In this document: piece after piece, positions 57,398 through 64,000 of the stretch
Position numbering within the stretch: the stretch's first letter is position 1
How the letters are laid out: each line of letters begins with the position of its first letter
NCBI GenBank assembly: GCA_035295705.1
Contig: DATGIN010000003.1
Span: 3,476 to 67,475 of the forward strand
Direction of reading: 5' to 3'
Source: Caulobacteraceae bacterium
Lineage (GTDB): Bacteria; Pseudomonadota; Alphaproteobacteria; Caulobacterales; Caulobacteraceae
Length of the DNA: 64,000 bases
Notes under the pieces: model-generated
What the model was told of the DNA's origin: nothing
What the model saw: only the letters and a program-made list of their open reading frames with translations
Databases searched by the model: none
Made by a program: the position numbers and the translations under genes

Positions 57398-60088
57398 TCA
57401 CGCGTTGCGCCGCGCCAGGGCCGCCTGCGCGGCCGCCAGGCGTGCGATCGGCGTCCGGTAGGGCGAACACGACACGTAGTCCAGTCCGACGCTCTCGCAG
57501 AACGCGATCGAGGCGGGGTCGCCGCCATGCTCGCCGCAGATGCCCAGCTTGATGTCCGGCCGCACCGCCCTGCCCCGCTCGGCCGCGATGGTGATGAGGT
57601 CCCCAACGCCGTCGGCGTCCAAGGTGACGAACGGATCCTTCTCGAACACGCCCTTTTCCATGTAGGCGCCGAGGAAGCGCGCCGAGTCGTCGCGGCTGAT
57701 GCCGAAGGTGGTCTGGGTAAGGTCGTTGGTGCCGAACGAAAAGAACTCGGCGGCTGCGGCGAGCTCGCCTGCGCGCAGCGCCGCGCGCGGGAGCTCGACC
57801 ATGGCGCCGACGCTGTAGGCGATCTCCTGTCCGCGCTCGTCCATGACCTGCCGGGCGACACGGTCGGTCAGCGTCCGGAGGAACTGCATCTCTTCGCCCT
57901 TGGCGATGAGGGGATGCATGATCTCGACGATCGGCGCCGGCCGGCCGCAGGCGACGATTTCGCAGGCGGCCTCGATGATGGCGCGCACTTGCATCTCGTA
58001 GATCTCCGGGTGCGAGATCCCCAGCCGGCAGCCGCGGTGTCCGAGCATTGGGTTGGTCTCGGCAAGGTCGCGCGCGCGCTGCAGAAGCTTCAGCGCGTCA
58101 AGCCCTGTGGCCTTTGCCACGGCCTCCACATCGTCGCGCGAATGCGGCAGAAACTCGTGCAGCGGCGGGTCGAGCAGCCGGATGGTGACCGGCAGGCCGT
58201 GCATGATCTCGAAGAGCTCAAGCAGATCGGCGCGCTGCATCTCCAACATGCGCGCGAGCGGCGGGCGGCGCCCCGCTTCGTCGTCGGCCAGGATCATCTC
58301 GCGCACCGCCGCGATGCGCTCGGCGTCGAAGAACATGTGCTCGGTGCGCACCAGTCCGATGCCCTCAGCGCCGAACTGGCGCGCCGTCCTCGCATCCAGG
58401 GCGGTCTCGGCGTTGGCGCGCACCTTGAGCCGGCGAAAGGCGTCGGCCCAGCCCATCAGGGTGGCGAAGTCGCCGGTCAGCTCCGGCTCCACCATCTTCA
58501 CCGCGCCCGCCAGTATTTCTCCCGTCGAGCCGTCGATGGTGATCAACTCTCCGGCGTGGACGGTCCGCCCGCGCGCATGGAAAACCCGCGCCTTGGCGTC
58601 GATGGCGATCTCGCCGACGCCGGACACGCAGGGACGGCCCATGCCCCGCGCCACCACCGCGGCATGGCTCGTCATCCCGCCCCGCGCGGTGACGATGCCG
58701 ACGGCGGCGTGCATCCCGTGAATGTCTTCAGGGCTCGTCTCGTCGCGCACCAGGATGACGGCCTCGCCGGCCTGCCCCATCCGCTCGGCCTCGCCTGAAT
58801 CGAACACCACCTTGCCGGTCCCGGCGCCCGGCGATGCCGGGAGGCCGGAGGCGATGACCTCACGCGCGGCGCCCGGATCGATGGTCGGGTGCAACAACTG
58901 GTCGAGGGAGGCGGGCTCGATCCGGCCGACCGCCTCTTCACGGCTGATCACGCCTTCCGCCGCGAGCTCGACCGCGATCTTCAGGGCCGCCTTCGCCGTG
59001 CGCTTGCCGCTGCGCGTCTGCAGCATGTAGAGCCGGCCCTGCTCGACCGTGAACTCGATATCCTGCATGTCTCGATAGTGGCGCTCGAGCTTGCGCACGA
59101 CGCCGCAGAACTCTTCGAACACGGCGGGCAGCGCCTCCTCCATCGACGCGGCCTTCTCGCCCATTTCTTCGCGCGCCGCCCTGGTCAGCGCCTGCGGCGT
59201 GCGGATGCCGGCCACGACATCCTCGCCCTGTGCATTGACGAGGAACTCGCCGTAGAGCGTCGCCTCGCCGGTCGAAGGGTTGCGGGTAAAGGCGACGCCG
59301 GTGGCCGACGTATCGCCCATGTTTCCAAAGACCATGGACTGCACGTTCACGGCGGTGCCCCAGGCTTCCGGGATGTCGTGCATGCGCCGGTAGAACTTGG
59401 CGCGCTCGTTCATCCAGCTCAGGAAGACCGCGCCGATCGCGCCCCACAGCTGGTCGTGCGGATCCTGCGGAAACGGCTGGCCGAGCTCGCTCTCGACCAA
59501 TTGCTTGTAGGCGCCGACCACCCCGGTCCATGCGTCGGCGTCCAGCGCCGTGTCGACCGCCAGGCCCAGCCGGTCCTTATGGTCGTCGAGGATCTCCTCG
59601 AACATGTGGTGGTCGAGCCCGAGCACGACGTTCGAGTACATCTGGATGAAGCGCCGATAGCTGTCGAACGCGAACCGTCGGTCGCCCGAGAGCCTGGCGA
59701 GGCCTTCGACGGTCCGGTCGTTGAGACCAAGGTTGAGGACCGTGTCCATCATCCCCGGCATCGAGGCGCGCGCGCCCGAGCGGACGGAGACGAGAAGCGG
59801 ATTGTCTGCATCGCCGAACCGCTTCGAGGTCAGCTGCTCGACGCGCGCCAGACCTTGGCCGACCTCCTCCTGCAGGGACGCGGGGTAGGTCCGATTGTTC
59901 GCGTAGTAGTGGTTGCAGGCTTCGGTCGTGATGGTGAAGCCCGGGGGCACCGGCAGCCCCAGCGCGCTCATCTCGGCGAGGTTGGCCCCCTTGCCGCCGA
60001 GCAGGTCCTTCATCGAAGCGTCGCCGTCGGCGCGGCCGCCGCCGAATGCGTAGACCCACCTCATCTTCACCGCGCCGTCGGCCGCCAT
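57398..60088 (-). CDS. ppdK: Pyruvate, phosphate dikinase
   Basis: LLGGKGANLAEM, SVRSGAR, GGMTSHAAVVARG (phospho-His), FSFGTNDLTQ, GICGEHGGDP. Confidence 0.97.
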   Translation of the reverse strand: MAADGAVKMRWVYAFGGGRADGDASMKDLLGGKGANLAEMSALGLPVPPGFTITTEACNHYYANNRTYPASLQEEVGQGLARVEQLTSKRFGDADNPLLVSVRSGARASMPGMMDTVLNLGLNDRTVEGLARLSGDRRFAFDSYRRFIQMYSNVVLGLDHHMFEEILDDHKDRLGLAVDTALDADAWTGVVGAYKQLVESELGQPFPQDPHDQLWGAIGAVFLSWMNERAKFYRRMHDIPEAWGTAVNVQSMVFGNMGDTSATGVAFTRNPSTGEATLYGEFLVNAQGEDVVAGIRTPQALTRAAREEMGEKAASMEEALPAVFEEFCGVVRKLERHYRDMQDIEFTVEQGRLYMLQTRSGKRTAKAALKIAVELAAEGVISREEAVGRIEPASLDQLLHPTIDPGAAREVIASGLPASPGAGTGKVVFDSGEAERMGQAGEAVILVRDETSPEDIHGMHAAVGIVTARGGMTSHAAVVARGMGRPCVSGVGEIAIDAKARVFHARGRTVHAGELITIDGSTGEILAGAVKMVEPELTGDFATLMGWADAFRRLKVRANAETALDARTARQFGAEGIGLVRTEHMFFDAERIAAVREMILADDEAGRRPPLARMLEMQRADLLELFEIMHGLPVTIRLLDPPLHEFLPHSRDDVEAVAKATGLDALKLLQRARDLAETNPMLGHRGCRLGISHPEIYEMQVRAIIEAACEIVACGRPAPIVEIMHPLIAKGEEMQFLRTLTDRVARQVMDERGQEIAYSVGAMVELPRAALRAGELAAAAEFFSFGTNDLTQTTFGISRDDSARFLGAYMEKGVFEKDPFVTLDADGVGDLITIAAERGRAVRPDIKLGICGEHGGDPASIAFCESVGLDYVSCSPYRTPIARLAAAQAALARRNA

Positions 60089-60101
60089 CGACTTCTCTCG
60101 G

Positions 60102-62114
60102 TTATCCCGCGATCTGGCTGAAGTCCGCCACCCGACCCATCAGGTCGCGCACCTGAACCAGTAAACGGAGGCGGTTATCCCGCGTTGCAGCATCCGGATC
60201 GTTCACTAGCACATGGTCGAAAAATGCGTCGACCGGCGCGCGCAAGCCGGCGAGCGCACGCATCGCGGCGGTGAAGTCTTCGTTGCCCAGGTCCGCCTCC
60301 ACGCGCGGCGCAATCGAGGCGAGTGCATTGACGAGGGCCGTTTCTTCCGGCGGCGCATCCGCCTTCCGCCGCGCTTCGCCGGATGGCAGCGGCCCCTTCC
60401 TCTCCTCCGCCCGCAGGATGTTGCTGGCGCGACGGTAACCCGTCAGCAGGTTCGCCCCGTCCTCGGTGGAGAGCAGGATGTCGAGTGCGTCCACGCGGGT
60501 GACGACGCGCAAGAGGTCGTCGTCGCCGAGCGCAAACACCGCATCGACCAGGTCGTGCCGCTTGCCCTGCTCTCGCAGCGCGACCTTCAGCCGGTCAGCG
60601 AAGAACTCGACAAGGTCCGCCGCGACCTTCGGAGCGAAGCGCGCGCGAAGCGGCAGCCGGAGGCCATTGGCCAGGACAATGCGGATGACACCCAGCGCCG
60701 CGCGGCGGAGCGCGAAGGGGTCGCGCGATCCCGTGGGCTTCTCGCCGATAGCGAAGAAGCTGCCGAGCATGTCCAGCTTGTCGGCGAGGGCGACCGCGAC
60801 CGTGACGGGGGTTGTCGGCGCTTCGTCGCTCGGGCCTTGCGGCTTGTAGTGGTCGCGGATGGCGTCGACAACGGACGCCTCGAGGCCCTCCTCGGCCGCG
60901 TAGTAGCCGCCCATGACGCCCTGCAGCTCCGGGAACTCGCCCACCATGCCTGTTGCGAGGTCGGCTTTGCAGAGGCGCGCCGCCTCCGCAGCCAGCTCCG
61001 CATCCGCCCCGACCACGGGGGCAAGTTCGCGGGCGAGCGCCTGGATGCGCTCCACGCGTTCGTACATCGTGCCGAGCTTGGCGTGGAACGTGACGCCCTT
61101 CAGCCGTTCCAGCCGGTTGGCCAGCGGGACCTTGCGGTCCTCGTCCCAGAAGAAGCGCGCATCGTTCAGACGCGCCGCCAGCACCCGGGCGTTGCCAGCC
61201 GCGATCAGCGCGCCTCCGTCGGGCGCCTCGATGTTGGCGACCGTGATGAAGTGCGGTGCGAGACCTTCGCCCAGGGGATTGCGCACGGCGAAGTACTTCT
61301 GGTGGGTGCGCATCGAGGTGGTGATCACCTCGCCCGGCAGGTCAAGGAAGCTCTCGTCCATGTCGCCCATGAGCGGCACGGGCCACTCGGCGAGGCCGGC
61401 GACCTCCTCAAGCAGCCCAGGGTCCTCGACCAGCGCAAGTCCCTTTGCCGCGGCGAGCCTGGCCGCGCCGGCCTGGATGCGGGCTTTGCGCTGGTCTGCC
61501 TCCAGGACGACGAAGTTGTCGGCGAGGCCGGCGGCGTAGCTCGCGAAGTCACGCACGGCGAAGGGTCGCTTGGAGCCCATGAAGCGGTGGCCCTCCGCCG
61601 CGTCGCCGCTGGCGATCCCGTCGAGGTCGAAGGGAACGACCCTGGCGTTGAACACGCAAAGGATGCGCTGCAACGGGCGCACCCAACGCAGCGAGCCGTC
61701 GCCCCACTTCATCGACTTCGGCCAGGGAAACCCGCGGACGATGTCCGGGACCATCTCGGCGACCACCGCGGCGGTCTGACGTCCCTTTGCCTCGGTCGTA
61801 GCGAAGTAGACGCCGTCGCGCTCGACAAGCTGGCTGCGTTCGAGGCCGGTCGAGCGCAGGAAGCCGTTGACCGCGGCGTCGGGCGAGCCGACGCGGGGAC
61901 CCTTGCGCTCCTCCCGCCGGTCGGGCTGCGCCAGCGGCAGGCCCTCGACGACCACGGTCAGACGCCGCGGACCCGCGTAGGCGCGCACCGCCTCGTAGCC
62001 CAGCCCGGCTGCGTCCAGCCGTTCGCGCGTCATGCGGTCGAGATCGCGGGCCGCGCCGCTTTGCATGCGCGCGGGAATCTCCTCGGAGAACAGCTCGAGC
62101 AGAAGCTCCGGCAT
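60102..62114 (-). CDS. glyS: Glycine--tRNA ligase beta subunit
   Basis: [54 protein letters not shown]. Confidence 0.97.
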   Translation of the reverse strand: MPELLLELFSEEIPARMQSGAARDLDRMTRERLDAAGLGYEAVRAYAGPRRLTVVVEGLPLAQPDRREERKGPRVGSPDAAVNGFLRSTGLERSQLVERDGVYFATTEAKGRQTAAVVAEMVPDIVRGFPWPKSMKWGDGSLRWVRPLQRILCVFNARVVPFDLDGIASGDAAEGHRFMGSKRPFAVRDFASYAAGLADNFVVLEADQRKARIQAGAARLAAAKGLALVEDPGLLEEVAGLAEWPVPLMGDMDESFLDLPGEVITTSMRTHQKYFAVRNPLGEGLAPHFITVANIEAPDGGALIAAGNARVLAARLNDARFFWDEDRKVPLANRLERLKGVTFHAKLGTMYERVERIQALARELAPVVGADAELAAEAARLCKADLATGMVGEFPELQGVMGGYYAAEEGLEASVVDAIRDHYKPQGPSDEAPTTPVTVAVALADKLDMLGSFFAIGEKPTGSRDPFALRRAALGVIRIVLANGLRLPLRARFAPKVAADLVEFFADRLKVALREQGKRHDLVDAVFALGDDDLLRVVTRVDALDILLSTEDGANLLTGYRRASNILRAEERKGPLPSGEARRKADAPPEETALVNALASIAPRVEADLGNEDFTAAMRALAGLRAPVDAFFDHVLVNDPDAATRDNRLRLLVQVRDLMGRVADFSQIAG

Positions 62115-63037
62115 CAGGCGCCGAGCGCGGGCAGCGCCGCGTTCTCGCCTTCAACAGCCAGCCAGGCTTCCGCGCAGGCTTTGCACAGATCGCGGATCCG
62201 GCCGATGTAGCTCTGTCGCTCCGCGACCGCGATCGCGCCGCGGGCGTCCATCAGATTGAACAGGTGCGAGGCCTTCAGCACGTAGTCGTAGGCCGGCAGC
62301 ACAAGCGGTTGCCCCTGGCGACCGCGCGCGGCCAACAGCCTGGGGACCTCGCGTTCCACGTCCTCGAAGTGACGCTTGAGCATCTCGACGTTCGCCGCCT
62401 CGAAGTCGAAGGCGGAGAACTCCCGCTCCTGCTCGAGGAAGACGTCGGCGTAGGTCTTGCGGTCCGCGCTCTGCGGGTCGTTGAATGCGATGTCCTTGAA
62501 GTCCTCGACGCCCTGGACATACATCGCCAGCCGCTCGAGACCGTAGGTCAGCTCGCCCGCCACCGGATCGACGTCCAGGCCGCCGACCTGCTGGAAGTAG
62601 GTGTACTGGCTGATCTCCATCCCGTCGCACCAGACCTCCCAGCCGAGCCCCCAGGCGCCGACGGTCGGATTCTCCCAATCGTCCTCGACGAAGCGGACGT
62701 CGTGCAGGGCAAGGTCGATGCCGATCGCCTCGAGCGAGCCCAGGTAGAGGTCCTGCATGTCGGGCGGGTTCGGCTTCAGCATCACCTGGTACTGATAGTA
62801 GTGCTGGTAGCGGTTGGGGTTCTCGCCGTAGCGCGCGTCGGCCGGGCGCCTGGACGGCTGCACATAGGCGGTGCGCCAGGGTTTCGGCCCAAGCGCGCGC
62901 AGGACCGTCATCGGGTGGAGGGTGCCGGCGCCCACCTCGAGGTCATACGGCTGCAGGATCACGCACCCCTGGCGGCTCCAATAGGCGTGCAGCGCCAGGA
63001 TGATGTCCTGGAAGGATAGAGGCGGCCGGCTGGTCAT
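62114..63037 (-). CDS. glyQ: Glycine--tRNA ligase alpha subunit
   Basis: [52 protein letters not shown]. Confidence 0.97.
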   Translation of the reverse strand: MTSRPPLSFQDIILALHAYWSRQGCVILQPYDLEVGAGTLHPMTVLRALGPKPWRTAYVQPSRRPADARYGENPNRYQHYYQYQVMLKPNPPDMQDLYLGSLEAIGIDLALHDVRFVEDDWENPTVGAWGLGWEVWCDGMEISQYTYFQQVGGLDVDPVAGELTYGLERLAMYVQGVEDFKDIAFNDPQSADRKTYADVFLEQEREFSAFDFEAANVEMLKRHFEDVEREVPRLLAARGRQGQPLVLPAYDYVLKASHLFNLMDARGAIAVAERQSYIGRIRDLCKACAEAWLAVEGENAALPALGA

Positions 63038-63068
63038 CGGGCTAAGAGCAGATTCGCAAACGCGCTGC

Positions 63069-63112
63069 GAAAAGCCGGCGGACCATAGGGTCCGCCGGCT
63101 GGCCCTTCAAGC
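63069..63112 (-). terminator. Intrinsic terminator after the fasciclin gene (repeat copy 1)
   Basis: Minus strand GCCGGCGGACC-CTAT-GGTCCGCCGGC-TTTTC. Confidence 0.8.
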
Positions 63113-63130
63113 TGTCGGGGGTTCGGCGGT

Positions 63131-63739
63131 TTAGCGGCGCACCGCGGAGGCGTTGACGCCCGCGCTGGCCGCGGAGGCCGCGGCCTGCGGCGACAGCACC
63201 CGGTCGAGCGCGTAGATCTGTCCGTTGGACACGGCCGCCTGGCCGACGATATCGGCGTTGTTGACCTTGAACGGCGTCGACGAGCCGTCGATCTGCACGT
63301 CGGGACCGGCGGCGGTCGGCACGGGACCCTTGGTGCCCTGCACCTTCGACGGCGGCACGCTGGCGGCGATGAGGTGGTAGGCCAACAGCTGCTGCAACTG
63401 CGCGGCGTTGGCGGATTGCATCAGGCTGTCGAGCTGTCCCTGCGGCAGGGCCTTGAACGCTGCGTCGGTCGGGGCGAGCAACGTGTAGGGGCCGGCGCCT
63501 TGCAGGAAGCTCGTGAGGTTCGCCGCGTCCAGCGCCTTCAAGAGAATCGTGAACTGACCGGAGGCCTTGAGCGTGCCGATGATGTCTCCGCTGGGCGTGA
63601 GCTGCAGCTGCGGCGCCGCTGGCGGTGGGGCGGGCTCGGCGGCGGCGGTCGGCTGGGCGGCCGCGGCTCCCGTCTGCGCCATCGCCGGCGCCGCAATCGC
63701 GAGCGCGAGGGCGCCCGCCAACATCAGTCGGTGCATCAT
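63131..63739 (-). CDS. Fasciclin (FAS1) domain protein
   Basis: Signal peptide, YTLLAPTDAAF, LLAYHLI, NGQIYALDRVL. Confidence 0.92.
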   Translation of the reverse strand: MMHRLMLAGALALAIAAPAMAQTGAAAAQPTAAAEPAPPPAAPQLQLTPSGDIIGTLKASGQFTILLKALDAANLTSFLQGAGPYTLLAPTDAAFKALPQGQLDSLMQSANAAQLQQLLAYHLIAASVPPSKVQGTKGPVPTAAGPDVQIDGSSTPFKVNNADIVGQAAVSNGQIYALDRVLSPQAAASAASAGVNASAVRR

Positions 63740-63842
63740 GAGTTCAAGCTTCCTTGTCCAGGTGAGGGGCCAACCTGCGTTATCCGGCCGCCTTGTGTCA
63801 TTTCTAAGAAGCGGCTGCGGTTGATCTGGCAGGGGTGGGGTC

Positions 63843-63887
63843 GAAAAAGCCGGCGGACCATAAGGGCCGCCGGCCGATGCTTCAAGC
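63843..63887 (-). terminator. Intrinsic terminator upstream of the fasciclin gene (repeat copy 2)
   Basis: Minus strand GCCGGCGGCCC-TTAT-GGTCCGCCGGC-TTTTTC, near-identical to copy 1. Confidence 0.75.
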
Positions 63888-63930
63888 GCACCGCTCCGCT
63901 TCTGCGGAGCGGCGGCCCGGACCCGGAACC

Positions 63931-64000
63931 TTAGTCGCCGATCGGCTTGGTGTGGCGGCCGGCGTTGCTCATCGGCCCGCCGAATGCCTTGCGGTTGGCA
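63931..64000 (-). CDS. C-terminal end of a gene running off the window (...ANRKAFGGPMSNAGRHTKPIGD*)
   Basis: Open frame ending in TAA at 63931-63933, followed on its strand by terminator copy 2. Confidence 0.5.
   Translation of the reverse strand, partial: ANRKAFGGPMSNAGRHTKPIGD

Overview
A GC-rich, intact chromosomal segment of an alphaproteobacterium. Gene content and order point to Caulobacteraceae (Caulobacter/Phenylobacterium-like): anmK-tyrS-bcp-M23-bactofilin-prfB-pbp1A-amiC-rne, thiSG-aroQ-accBC-aat, the flagellin cluster flaEY-pseH-fljJ-flaG-flagellin-flaF-flbT-flmG, and glyQS-ppdK. Almost everything is housekeeping. I found no tRNA, rRNA, CRISPR array, transposase, integrase or prophage gene. 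Features the ORF track misses: the prfB +1 programmed frameshift, a TPP riboswitch on thiSG, tandem NrdR boxes, a LexA box at ssb, a sigma54 flagellin promoter with a structured leader, CtrA-like sites, a frameshifted small gene, and two short ORFs. The most interesting signals are: (1) a 16-codon Tyr-Tyr leader peptide with an overlapping hairpin directly upstream of tyrS, suggesting ribosome-mediated attenuation; (2) a class II ribonucleotide reductase homolog that has lost its catalytic motifs but keeps a highly conserved TSCPD domain, a Zn ribbon and tandem NrdR boxes; (3) a 35-aa ORF behind tandem PhaR-like boxes; (4) a flagellin-like/beta-propeller FlaEY protein and a degenerate flagellin; (5) a GyrA with four unusual substitutions in the DNA-gate helix. 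All family assignments are from motif recognition and recalled synteny; no database search was run.
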